Source: Eledone cirrhosa | Taxonomy: Eukaryota | Assembly (NCBI GenBank): GCA_964016885.1 | Contig: OZ024743.1 | Span: 331,142,001-331,206,000 of the forward strand | Reading direction: 5' to 3' | Length of the DNA: 64,000 bases | In this document: one piece after another, positions 48,780 to 61,500 of the stretch | Layout of the letters: the number at the start of each line of letters is the position of its first letter | Position numbering within the stretch: position 1 is the stretch's first letter | Notes under the pieces: model-generated | The model's database searches: none | What the model saw: the letters and a program-made list of their open reading frames with translations, nothing else | Told to the model about the DNA's origin: nothing | Program-made: the position numbers and the translations under genes

Positions 48780-49365
48780 AAGAGTTAGTGATCTATGTGA
48801 TAAACACACCCAGTACACTGTAAAGTAGATGGTGATAGAAGGGCATCCAGCCATAGAAAGCTTGCCAAATAAAGGGTTGGGAGCAACCTTCAGTTATGTC
48901 AAGGACATGATAGCCCCACTAGAGTTGGTGATCTATGATAAATACACCCAGTACACACTGTAAAGTGGATGGTGATAGAAGGGCATCTAGGCCATAGAAG
49001 GTTTCCGAAAAATGGGTCGAGAGGATCCTTCAGTTATGTCAAGGACATGATAGCCCCACTAGTGTTGGTAACTTACACAATAAAAGCACCCAATACATAT
49101 TGTAAAGTGGATGGTAATAGAAGAGCAACAAGTTGTAGAAAGCTTGCTAAACAAAGAGTTGGGAGGCGACTTCAGTTGTGTCAAAGACATGACAACATCT
49201 CCTGTGCACTTGGTAGACTGTGAGACTATACATAAGTGAGATAACAGACCTCCAGCCTGTTTGACAAGTCACCCCCACTTCAGGACTATCTTGCTCTATG
49301 TCGACCCATCAAACCCTTCCTAGCAGAGAAAATGGACATTAAAATGATGATGATGATGATGATAT
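48780..49365 (+). mobile_element. Second copy of the 139-bp-unit element (about 3 diverged units) with (GAT)n tail
   Basis: Reverse complement of 36300-37257; ends tggacattaaaatgatgatgat. Confidence 0.8.
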
Positions 49366-49461
49366 ATATATATACACATACACACACAGACACACACACA
49401 TATACCAGAGCATCATCATCACTTTTATGTCTGCTTTTCCATGCTTGCATATTTATATATC

Positions 49462-49597
49462 AATATTTAACATAAAAATGGTTTCTACAGGACTAGAACT
49501 GTTTCATTCATATGAAATCATCAGGAATATATTCATGATGATTTCATATGAATGAAACATTTCTAATCCTGTAGAAGCCATTTCTATATTAAATATT
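49462..49597. repeat. ~136-bp imperfect palindrome (related shorter fold-back at about 46486-46525)
   Basis: tgtttcattcatatgaaatcatca / tgatgatttcatatgaatgaaaca arms centred on gaatatattc; downstream sequence shared with about 46510-46640. Confidence 0.85.
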
Positions 49598-50003
49598 TAT
49601 GTTCACACTCTACTAATGTATTGAGTACCTTATTTATAGTGGTTAATCCCAATTTAACTCGGGGTCTACATATATATCAAAGCTATATGTTTTTGCCTGC
49701 ATTGGATTCCAGCAGAGAGCACTGTCTTGATAGCGAGCATCAGTCAGAAACGGTTGACTGGCACCAGATTATCTGCTCCTGCTACAGATGGACTCCACCA
49801 GGTGCCGCTAGCCATCAGCTTCCAAATCCATAGCTAAAACGCTTTCAAATGTTTATTCACAAACATACCCTATATCACTAGATATAAACACACACACGTA
49901 TATATACATACATACACACATATATAGAAGCACACACACATATATATGGACACACACACACAGACACATATATGCACACACACACACATACATATATATA
50001 TAT

Positions 50004-50392
50004 GGAGGCACATGTCTTAGTGGTTAGAGCATTGGCCTTGCAATCGAAAAGTTGTGAGTTCAATTCTCAGACCGGCTGATGTGTTGTTTCCTTGAGCAAG
50101 AGACTTTATTTCACATTGCTCCAGTTTACTCAGCTGTAGAAATGAGATGATAGGGACTGGGGACCCTATCATTCCACTGCAAAGTGGACGTGGAGGTGCC
50201 ACGGCAAAAAGCACCCAGCACTCACTGTAAAGTGGTCGTGGAGGTGCCACGGCAAAAAGCACCCAGCACTCACTGTAAATGAGGTTGGTGTTAGGAAGGA
50301 CATCCAGCTGTAGAAATCAAGCCAGAATCAGTTCCCGTCCCACCCTTGCAAGCAGGGGAAAAGCAGACGTAAAATGAAATGATGAAATGATA
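50004..50392 (+). mobile_element. SINE family S1 (two 50-bp modules)
   Basis: A/B-box head and RTE-like tail. Confidence 0.9.
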
Positions 50393-50892
50393 TCATCATC
50401 GTTTAACGTCCATCTTCCACACAAGCATAGGTTGGACGGGTTTGTCCCACTTGAGGCTAGATTGGTCAGATGACCGTGTCTTGCCCATACAGAACTGTTT
50501 CTGGCAGGTTTTCTATATATCATCATCATCATCATCATCACAGTTTAATGTCCATTTTTCCATGCTTGCTTGGGTCAGACGGGTCGTCCAAGTCAAGAGA
50601 CAAATCCAGCCAGGATTGGCCATACTGTACCTTGCTCTGATGAGACAGTAAATGTATCTATATATTTATATATAATATATTATTTCTGAAGACAGCATAT
50701 ATATGTGTAGGTATGTATATTCCCTCTGATAGTTTGTAAAATTTTTACATAGATCTATATGATATACATACCAACACACACATATATATCCTAGAAACGA
50801 TCGTAAAATGATGAATTTTTTAATACAAGGAACTGTTTCTTTGTTTTTATTCATTGTTTTTATTAATTTATTGTTTTTATTAATTTATTTAT

Positions 50893-51610
50893 ATCATCAT
50901 CATCATTTCATTTTACGTCCGCTTTTCCCTGCTTGCAAGGGTGGGACGGGAACTGATTCTGGCTTGATTTCTACAGCTGGATGTCCTTCCTAACACCAAC
51001 CTCATTTACAGTGAGTGCTGGGTGCTTTTTTTTGCCGTGGCACCTCCACGACCACTTTACAGTGAGTGCTGGGTGCTTTTTTTGCCGTGGCACCTCCACG
51101 ACCACTTTACAGTGAGTGCTGGGTGCTTTTTTTGCCGTGGCACCTCCATGACCACTTTACAGTGAGTGCAGGGTGCTTTTTTTGCTGTGGCACCGCCACG
51201 ACCACTTTACAGTGAGTGCTGGGTGCTTTTTTTGCCGTGACACCTCCACGACCACTTTACAGTGAGTGCTGGGTGCTTTTTTTGCCGTGGCACCTCCACG
51301 ACCACTTTACAGTGAGTGCTGGGTGCTTTTTTTGCCGTGGCACCTCCACGACCACTTTACAGTGAGTGCTGGGTGCTTTTTTTGCCGTGGCACCTCTACG
51401 ACCACTTTACAGTGAGTGCTGGGTGCTTTTTTTGCTGTGGCACTTCCACGACCAGTTTACAGTGGAATGATAGGGATCCCAGTTCCTATCATCTCATTTC
51501 TACAGCTGAACAAACTGGAGCAATGTGAAAGTGTCTTGCTCAAGGAAACAACACATCACCCGGTCTGAGAATTGAACTCACAACCTTTCGATTGCAAGGC
51601 CAATGCTCTA
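50893..51610 (-). mobile_element. SINE family S1 with nine tandem 50-bp modules
   Basis: agtgagtgc at 51010, 51061, 51111 ... 51411; otherwise matches 50004-50392 inverted. Confidence 0.92.
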
Positions 51611-51769
51611 GAGAGAGAAAGACTAACAGGAACCATTCCTTCTCCTGCACCTCCACCCCCACCACATCCTTATCATTATCTCTAATCCAACCAAATGGAC
51701 ATTGTATGTCTCTAAGTTAACACTGACGACAATCACTTTGATAAAACAACACACACACCAATATATTGG

Positions 51770-52242
51770 TATATGTGTGTGAGAGTGTGTATGTGAGATA
51801 GTGTGTAGTTCTGGGTGTGTGAGATAGTGAGCAAGTGTGTGTGTATGTGTATTTATGTATGTGTGTGCAGGTGTGTGTATGTGTGAGTGTGCATATAAGC
51901 ATGTGAATGTGTATGTATGTGTGAAAGTGTGTTTGGATGTGTGTGTATGTGTGCATGTGTATGTATGTGTGTGTGAGTGTGTATGTGTGTATATATGTGT
52001 GTGAAAGTGGGTATGTATGTATATGTGACTGTGTATGTGTGGAAGTGTGTGTGTGACTGTATGTGTGTATGCATGTGTGTGAGTATGTCTGTATGTGTGT
52101 GTGTGCATGTGAATGTGTCTGTATGTGTGTGTGTGTTGTTGATCAGTGAAGATGTTGGAATCAGACAACAAATCTAAAGAACCAGTTCTGGCTTCAATAG
52201 AATAAAATGGTAATTATTGATTTCTTGGAGAGACGAGACAAT

Positions 52243-52273
<31 letters not shown>

Positions 52274-52349
52274 TGGGTGGGCAAGCAGGGGGAGGGGGCT
52301 GAGAGAGAGCATCAAGTTGTTTCAAGTAGAGACACAATTCTATGAAACT

Positions 52350-52400
<51 letters not shown>

Positions 52401-52460
52401 AAGAAAGTGGGTGAGAGAGAAAGAGAGAAAGAAAGAGGGTGAGAGATAAAGAGATTGAGA
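51770..52460. repeat. (GT)n-rich and (GA)n microsatellites
   Basis: Direct inspection. Confidence 0.9.
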
Positions 52461-52589
52461 GGAAAAAGGGTAAAATCAAGTTGATTCTATTGAATTTCAG
52501 TTACTTATGATATATATGACCAGGAGGAAGAGTGAGAGTAACAACAACATGGCTAACACAGAACATAGTGTGAGGTACATATAGCATAT

Positions 52590-53655
52590 ATATAGCTCTT
52601 TAGTTCTATACTGTACCTTTACAGACATTGTAACTCTTTAGTTCTATACTGTACCTCTACAGACACTGTATAGCTCTTTAGTTCTACACTCCACCTCTAG
52701 ATACTGTACAGCTCTTTAGTTCTATACTCTACTTCTACAGACACTATCTCTCAATATATACACCTCTTTAGTTCTATACTGTAACTCTGTAGACACTGTA
52801 ACTCTTTAGTTCTATACTGTACCTCTACAGACACTGTAACTCTTTAGTTCTATACTGTACCTTTACAGTCACTGTAGCTCTTTAGTTCTATACTGTACAT
52901 CTATAGACACTATGTAACTCTTTAGTTCTATATTGTACCTCTACAGACATTGTAACTCTTTAGTTCTATACTGTACCTCTACAGACACTGTAACTCTTTA
53001 GTTCTATACTGCAACTCTGTAGACACTATATAGCTCTTTAGTTCTATACTGCACCTTTATAGACACTGTAGCTCTTTAGTTCTATACTGTACCTCTGTAG
53101 CTCTCTAGTTCTATACTGTAGCTCTTTAGTTCTATACTGTACCTCTATAGACACTGTATAATTCTTTAGTTCTATACTGTAGCTCTTTAGTTCTATACTG
53201 TACCTCTATAGACACTGTATAATTCTTTAGTTCTATACTGTAGCTCTTTAGTTCTATACCGTATGTCTGTAGACACTGTATCTTTCTCTATAAGTATAGC
53301 TCTTTAGTTAGACATTATATTTCAATATATATAGCTCTTTAGTTCTCTACTGTAACTCTGTAGACACTATATAGTTCTTTAGTTCTATACTGTACCTTTA
53401 TAGACACTTTAGCTCTTTAGTTCTATACTGTACCTCTGTAGCTCTCTAGTTCTATACTGTAGCTCTTTAGTTCTATACTGTACCTCTATAGACACTGTAT
53501 AATTATTTAGTTCTATACTGTAGCTCTTTAGTTCTATACTGTACGTCTGTAGACACTGTATCTTTCTCTATATGTATAGCTCTTTAGTTAGACACTATAT
53601 TTCAATATATATAGCTCTTTAGTTCTATCTGTACCTCTATAGACACTATAGCTCT
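52590..53655. repeat. ~38-40-bp minisatellite (ctctttagttctatactgtacctctacagacactgta)
   Basis: More than 20 full and partial units. Confidence 0.92.
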
Positions 53656-54215
53656 CAATATGGGATTTCTAGTAACGTATGATTTCCATGTATAATGTTT
53701 TTGTTTTGTTTTTTTTGTATAAAGAAATTAATAAGCAAAGGGGTGAGGAGACACGAGAGTATGTGAACATGGACAAAGTGATCACCAACATCATTATTTT
53801 ATGTCTACCTTCAATGCTGCCATGGGTTGGATGGGTTGTTGCAGTCCAAGTCAGGTCTCATTGCCATCTTAGAGAAGTTAGAAGACCACATTATGCTTGT
53901 ATATTACATTTGACATTCTGAAATGTGGTTGCCATTAGCACCCAGCTGTAACAACCATGCCAGATTTGGGGATGTATGAGCAAGACAGGGTTTTCTGACC
54001 TGTCCGGTCTTAGACTATGACAAACTGTCCAACCTATTGAAGCATGGATAGCAGATGTAAAATGATGATGATGTCTAATTAGTGGTGCTTCTTATGCAAC
54101 TAATTATCACCATTAGTGACCACACTACTGAACACTCAGACACACATACATACACACATACACACCTAGTGCCTTTATAAATGGATATATAAAATGTTTG
54201 TGGTAGAAATCTCAC

Positions 54216-54328
54216 CTTAAAAAGTTCCACACCTCTTTGCTGGAGTTCTTCTGATGGCAGTGTTGTTAATGGAGAAGTTATGGGTTCTTTAGTATGTAAC
54301 ATCTTCAGATTCTTCCAGTAGATGGAAT
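54216..54328 (-). CDS. PLEKHH: PLEKHH-like exon B (PH-MyTH4 linker/MyTH4 start): (N)SIYWKNLKMLHTKEPITSPLTTLPSEELQQRGVELFK
   Basis: cattttctctag|AT...AAG|gtgag; 113 nt; starts with 2 nt completing exon A's phase-1 codon (A+AT=Asn); LTTLPSE..LFK motif typical of the PLEKHH MyTH4 N-terminus. Confidence 0.93.
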
Positions 54329-54625
54329 CTAGAGAAAATGACATTTTTTAGAAGTTATACTTTATAGAAAACATCATCATCATAATCTAAAACAAAGTGA
54401 TTTGATTATTTGATCTATAAATTGGGGATGTCATAATGAAATAACAAAAACAACAAATAACTTTGTCCTACCCTTTTACCAGTTCCAGAGACCCTGTAAA
54501 GGGTTTTAGGCACAGTTCTCTCCTTAACTAAACAATACAAAAAGACAAAATTCCGTACCAATTTGATTTTTTAAGTCAGTGAAGGAACATTTATTTATTC
54601 TGTATGAGCTTATTAACTTGTTTGT

Positions 54626-56765
54626 TACCACACTTCTAATGAAAGACACTGTCTATGTCATTAACACTTTCATTACCATATTTCTAATGAAAGACTGTCT
54701 TTATCATTAACACTTTAATCACCATATTTCTAATGAAAGACACTGTCTTTATCATTAACACTTTAATGACCATATTTCTAATGAAAGACACTGTCTATAT
54801 CATTAACACTTTAATCACCATATTTCTAATGAAAGACACTGTCTTTATCATTAACACTTTCATTACCATATTTCTAATGAAAGACACTGTCTTTATCATT
54901 AACCCTTTAATGAACATATTTCTAATGAAAGACATTGTCTATATCATTAACCCTTTAATGACCATATTTCTAATGAAAGACACTGTCATCATCATCATCA
55001 TCAGGTTTAGCGTCCGTGTTCCACGCTTGCATGGGTTTGGACGGGGGTTTTCCCACTTGAGGCAAGAGTGGTTGTCTTGCTCGTATTGGACTGTCTGGCG
55101 GGTTTTCTACAGTTGGATGCCCTTCCTAACACCAACCACATTTACAGTGTGGGGCTGGGAGGTTTTTACCGTGTTGCCTACACGGCCACATTACAGCGTG
55201 GACTGTCTGGCGGGTTTTCTACAGCTGGATGCCCTTCCTAACACCAACCACATTTACAGTGTGGGGCTGGGAGGTTTTTACCGTGTTGCCTACACGGCCA
55301 CATTTACAGCGTGGACTGTGTGTTTTTTTGTCGTGACACCTACACGATCTCATTTGTTTCGGCCTGGATGTTGTGGGACCAACATAACTTTACATTGAAA
55401 GGGGCGGTGTGGATGGGGTGGAGGTGGTGGGACGGGGGGGTGTTTTGATAGAGATGCCTACTGACTGTAGTAGGTTTTTACTTTGTATTTAGGTAAGGCG
55501 GGTCTTCTCTATTACTGAGTACCGCCAAAGGTCTCGGTCCAGTGACATTGTCTTGGAGAGGTGTAAGCGTGTGAGGTCGGAATTTATCAGCTCGTCCCAT
55601 GTTTTTCTGGGTCTGCCTACTCCGTGGCTACCGTCTATCTTTATTGCCCTGCACTTTGTTATACAGCTGTCGTCTTTCATGCGTATCACGTGACCGTACC
55701 AACGTAGCCTTCTCTCGAGTAAACAACATCTGATCCCTCTCATTTCTAATTTTTTCCTTAGTTCGTTTATGCTTTGCCGTTCACGTATATTACTATTGCA
55801 CATCCAGCGGAGCATGCAAGCTTCGTTCCTCTCTAGTCTGCGTATATCCTCTGCACACAATGCCCAGGTCTCACTGCCATGCAGCATTGCTGTTCGTATG
55901 CAGGCATCGTATAACCTGCCTTTCATTTTTAGGGAGAACCCTCTAGCGGCTAATAGTGGTATAAGCTCTCTGAACTTTTTCCATCCAGTTCTGACTCTAG
56001 CTACTGTACTTTCAGAGCACCCTCCCCCACTGCTGATTTTGTCACCCAGGTAACGGAAGCTGTCCACTATTTCTATAGAACCCTCTGCGCAGTTGAAGGA
56101 GCTAGTATTTTGTGGGCACTTGCTGCTACTTATTGCACCAGAGCACCGGCCACATGTAAAATCTATGTTCTTAGTTAGCTTACCTGTGATCCCACTACAT
56201 CTTTTATGCACCCATACTTTGCATTTGGGACATAAAATGGAGTTTCTACCTACGCCTTTCCTACACACTGAGCATGGCCATTTCCCAGATGAGTCTGCCG
56301 CCTTATTTTCTTTCCTACAAACTAGAACTTTAGTCTTAGCCAGGTTAATTTTAAGGCCTTTTGATTCTAGGCCGTGCTTCCATGTTTGGAATCATTAACC
56401 CATTCATTACTATATTTCTAATGAAAGACACTACCTATGTCATTAAACCTTTCATTACAATATTTCTAATGAAAGACAATGCTTATGTCATTGACATTTT
56501 CATTACCATATTTCTAATGAAACACACCACCTCTGTCATTCACTCTTTCATTAACATATTTCTAATGAAAGACACTGCCTACGATTTCAAATAATTTTGA
56601 ACACAGTCAAGAATTTGGAGTGATTTAGTAATATAACAGACTTTCTCATTATTAAGGTGTTTGGAGCACAACTTAACAAAGGTTCTTACATAAAATTATG
56701 ATGGAAGATATTTAGATAAATATAAATTTCTTAATCTACAGATGGCTTGGTATCATAAGGGTTAA
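54626..56765 (+). repeat. 48-bp minisatellite formed from the left end of a piggyBac-like MITE, split by an RTE; MITE body and AGGG|TTAA end at about 56580-56765
   Basis: Unit ttaac(c/a)ctttaatgaccatatttctaatgaaagacactgtc resembles the 5' end of the MITEs at 29259 and 62820; aagggttaa at 56757-56765. Confidence 0.8.
54987..56392 (-). mobile_element. 5'-truncated RTE family B copy (PHD + C-terminus + 3'UTR with a 112-bp internal duplication)
   Basis: ORF 55489-56268 nearly identical to 25120-25900; tggactgt at 55087 and 55199 marks the duplication. Confidence 0.95.
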
Positions 56766-57124
56766 ACCAAAAGTCTGTAACTAAGACAATTTATATCCCT
56801 ATTCGTTTTAATAAAGATTGGTAGAGATATTTTTGTAGTTATCAAATTATGATGATGTTGAAGAAATTTAAAAGAAAAGTCTTTTTTTTTTTAAAAAACA
56901 ATACATAGATATAAAAATAACATTACATGGGCAGCTGAGAGCTGAGCTCAGATCACTGAGACTTACAGAGGAGATGATGAAGAAATGTAGCTGATGGAGA
57001 GATGCTGTACTGAGAAGGATCCATCCAACCCATGCAAGAGTGGAAGATCAGCCATAAAAATGGTGATGTTGATGATGATTTCTTTAAAAAATCTGACATA
57101 TTCTGATTGATATTATTGTGTGAA

Positions 57125-57320
57125 AATGCGAGGCTGAGTGGTTAGAGAATTGGATTCACAATCATGAGGTTGTGAGTTTGATTCCTGGACTGAGCAATGT
57201 GCTATGTCCTTAAGCAAGACACTTTATTTCATGTTGCTCATTCTGCCTGGATTGTGACCAGTAGATAGTATTAGCAATTGGAAAAAACAATGTAAACATT
57301 TCCTCAGTCTGATTTAATGA
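57125..57320 (+). mobile_element. SINE family S3
   Basis: ggctgagtggttagaga..gagtttgattcctgga..gtccttaagcaagacac..gatagtattagcaattggaaa. Confidence 0.75.
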
Positions 57321-57500
57321 GCTCCACTCCCACTGGTTAAGCAAATAAGGGCTGGTATCAACTGTTGATATATTATTCATTACAAACATGAAATGCAAGG
57401 TGCAATGAAAAGATTTTCAGTTTCTATTTAGCCTATTATAAACATAGATTGAAAGTATTCACTAAATGAAAACATTAACAAATAGATAATATACAATAAT

Positions 57501-57678
57501 TGTTTCTACTTTAGGCACAAGACCAGCAATTATCCAGTGTATTACTGGTACTTTATTTTATCGACCCCGAAAGGATGAAAGGCAAAGTTAACCTCGGCGG
57601 GATTTGAACTCAGAATGGCAAGGGCCGTAACTCTATGCGCCAAAGCATGGCGTCCGACCCTCTACCGATACTGCCAAT
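57501..57678 (-). mobile_element. SINE family S2 with an 11-bp TSD
   Basis: tatacaataat at 57490-57500 and 57679-57689. Confidence 0.85.
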
Positions 57679-58119
57679 TATACAATAATGAAAGTATGTA
57701 AACAATTTTTTTATTTTTTATTTTATCAACATAATCATTTCTCTGCAGAATGTTATAATAATAATAATAATGAAAATATTGTGTACAGTGCTCAGGTGCA
57801 CTACAACTCATCAAAAGTGTATGTATAGTACATAGGGTAATGTACAAACATCAGGAAAATGAACAGTGCATGAGTCATAATATTCACATGTGTGCATGTG
57901 TATGGAAGGGGGACATCAGGTGTAGTTGGTGGAGAAACATGACAGAGCGAGCGGTCAGCAGGAGGATTTTCAGAGGAACAACTCCCACCAAACACTCTAA
58001 GGAAGTCAGGCCCACATAGGTCATGCCTCCTAGGTGTCTTCATGTTGTATTTTCTTATAATTAAAAGAAGTTATGAGGAACCAAATAAGAAGGAGCACAA
58101 GCTGTCGAAAAAAGTCTAA

Positions 58120-58390
58120 AGTCTATCTTGAGCTCAGAAGCTCATCAGGCCAGTGCTTATCCTGGTTTTCATGGCATCAAGTGTCTGAGAGTACACAATT
58201 TCCCCCAGGACAGGACACCAGTCCATCAGAATGTTAAACCTCCAGCTATGGTGGGTACTCATTTTCAGTTGAGTATACTGGGGCAATCTGAAATGAAGTG
58301 CTCTGATCAAGAAAACGACACAGAAACCAGTCCAGGAATTGAACCGATGACATTATGATCATAAGACCTTACCACAAAGCTACGCACCTC
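58120..58390 (-). mobile_element. Degenerate tRNA-headed SINE
   Basis: B-box ggttcaattcctgg on the minus strand; same family as 6608-6855. Confidence 0.6.
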
Positions 58391-58468
58391 CACATACACA
58401 AACTGTAGTTATACTGTAATCAGTACTTACAGTAGAAATAGTTATTTCATAATGAAATATAGACTTAC

Positions 58469-58577
58469 TTAAATTTCCGCCAACTTCCATCACTTTCGCA
58501 ACAATTTGTTCAAATTCTGTTCCTACATTTCCCGTTCCACCACCAGCTGCGACAGTTAAGTGGTATAACCAAGAATC
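58469..58577 (-). CDS. PLEKHH: PLEKHH1/2 (MAX-1)-like gene, internal exon A (end of PH domain): DSWLYHLTVAAGGGTGNVGTEFEQIVAKVMEVGGNL
   Basis: Minus strand ttttttccag|GAT...TTA A|gtaagt; 109 nt, ends phase 1. Peptide matches my recollection of human PLEKHH1 DTWLYHLTVAAGG..VGTAYEQLIGKLM. Confidence 0.93.
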
Positions 58578-58599
58578 CTGGAAAAAATAGCAAATATTG

Positions 58600-61500
58600 T
58601 AATAGATGACCAGGCATAACAACCTGTAATAGATATTATCCCACAGGCAATGCATAACAGCTTATAATAGATATTATGACAGACTTCACACAACATATAA
58701 CAGATATCACTACATAGACCACACAACATGTAATAGACCACACAGATCATATGACACAACAGATATCACCACAGACCACACAACATATAACAAATGTCAT
58801 TACCACACAGACCACACAACATATAGAAGATATTACCACACAGACCACACAACATACAGCAGATATTACCACACAGACCACACAACATATAGCAGATATT
58901 ACCACACAGACCACACAACATACAGCAGATATTACCATACAGACCACACAACATATAGCAGATATTACCACACAGACCACACAACATACAGAAGATATTA
59001 CCACACAGACCACACAACATACAGAAGATATTACCACACAGACCACACAACATACAGAAGATATTACCACACAGACCACACAACATACAGAAGATATTAC
59101 CACACAGACCACACAACATACAGCAGCTATTACCACACAGACCACACAACATATAGCAGATATTACCATACAGACCACACAACATACAGCAGATATTACC
59201 GCACAGACCACACAACATACAGAAGATATTACCACACAGACCACACAACATACAGCAGATATTACCACATATACCACACAACATATAGCAGATATTACCA
59301 TACAGACCACACAACATACAGCAGATATTACCACACAGACCACACAACATACAGCAGATATTACCATACAGACCACACAACATACAGCAGCTATTACCAC
59401 ACAGACCACACAACATACAGCAGATATTACCACACAGACCACACAACATACAGCAGATATTACCACATATACCACACAACATATAGCAGATATTACCATA
59501 CAGACCACACAACATACAGCAGATATTACCATACAGACCACACAACATACAGCAGCTATTACCACACAGACCACACAACATATAGCAGATATTACCATAC
59601 AGACCACACAACATACAGCAGATATTACCGCACAGACCACACAACATACAGAAGCTATTACCACACAGACCACACAACATACAGCAGATATTACCACATA
59701 TACCACACAACATATAGCAGATATTACCATACAGACCACACAACATACAGCAGATATTACCACACAGACCACACAACATACAGCAGATATTACCGCACAG
59801 ACCACACAACATATAGAAGGTATTACCACACAGACCACACAACATATAGCAGATATTACCGCACAGACGACACAACATACAGCAGATATTACCACACCTA
59901 TACCACACAACATATAGAAGATATTACCATACAGACCACACAACATATAGAAGGTATTACCACACAGACGACACAACATACAGCAGATATTACCGCACAG
60001 ACCACACAACATACAGCAGATATTACCGCACAGACCACACAACATACAACAGATATTACCACACCTATACCACACAACATATAGAAGATATTACCACACA
60101 GACCACACAACATATAGAAGGTATTACCACACAGACCACACAACATACAGCAGATATTACCGCACAGACCACACAACATACAGCAGATATTACCGCACAG
60201 ACCACACAACATACAACAGATATTACCACACCTATACCACACAACATATAGCAGATATTACCATACAGACCACACAACATACAGCAGATATTACCACATC
60301 TATACCACACAACATATAGCAGATATTACCACACAGACCACACAACATACAGCAGATATTACCACATATACCACACAACATATAGCAGATATTACCGCAC
60401 AGACCACACAACATACAGCAGATATTACCGCACAGACCACACAACATACAGCAGATATTACCATACAGACCACACAACATACAGCAGATATTACCACACA
60501 GACCACACAACATACAGCAGATATTACCGCACAGACCACACAACATATAGAAGGTATTACCACACAGACCACACAACATATAGCAGATATTACCGCACAG
60601 ACCACACAACATACAGCAGATATTACCACACCTATACCACACAACATATAGAAGATATTACCATACAGACCACACAACATATAGAAGGTATTACCACACA
60701 GACCACACAACATACAGCAGATATTACCGCACAGACCACACAACGTACAGCAGATATTACCGCACAGACCACACAACATACAACAGATATTACCACACCT
60801 ATACCACACAACATATAGAAGATATTACCACACAGACCACACAACATATAGCAGATATTAACGCACAGACCACACAACATACAGCAGATATTACCACACA
60901 GACCACACAACATATAGAAGGTATTACCACACAGACCACACAACATACAGCAGATATTACCGCACAGACCACACAACATACAACAGATATTACCATACAG
61001 ACCACACAACATACAGCAGATATTACCACACAGACCACACAACATATAGCAGATATTACCACACAGACCACACAACATACAGCAGATATTACCACATATA
61101 CCACACAACATATAGCAGATATTACCATACAGACCACACAACATACAGCAGATATTACCATACAGACCACACAACATACAGCAGCTATTACCACACAGAC
61201 CACACAACATACAGCAGATATTACCATACAGACCACACAACATACAGCAGCTATTACCACACAGACCACACAACATATAGCAGATATTACCATACAGACC
61301 ACACAACATACAGCAGATATTACCGCACAGACCACACAACATACAGAAGATATTACCACACAGACCACACAACATACAGAAGATATTACCACACAGACCA
61401 CACAACATACAGCAGATATTACCACACAGACCACACAACATACAGCAGATATTACCACACAGACCACACAACATACAGCAGATATTACCACACAGACCAC

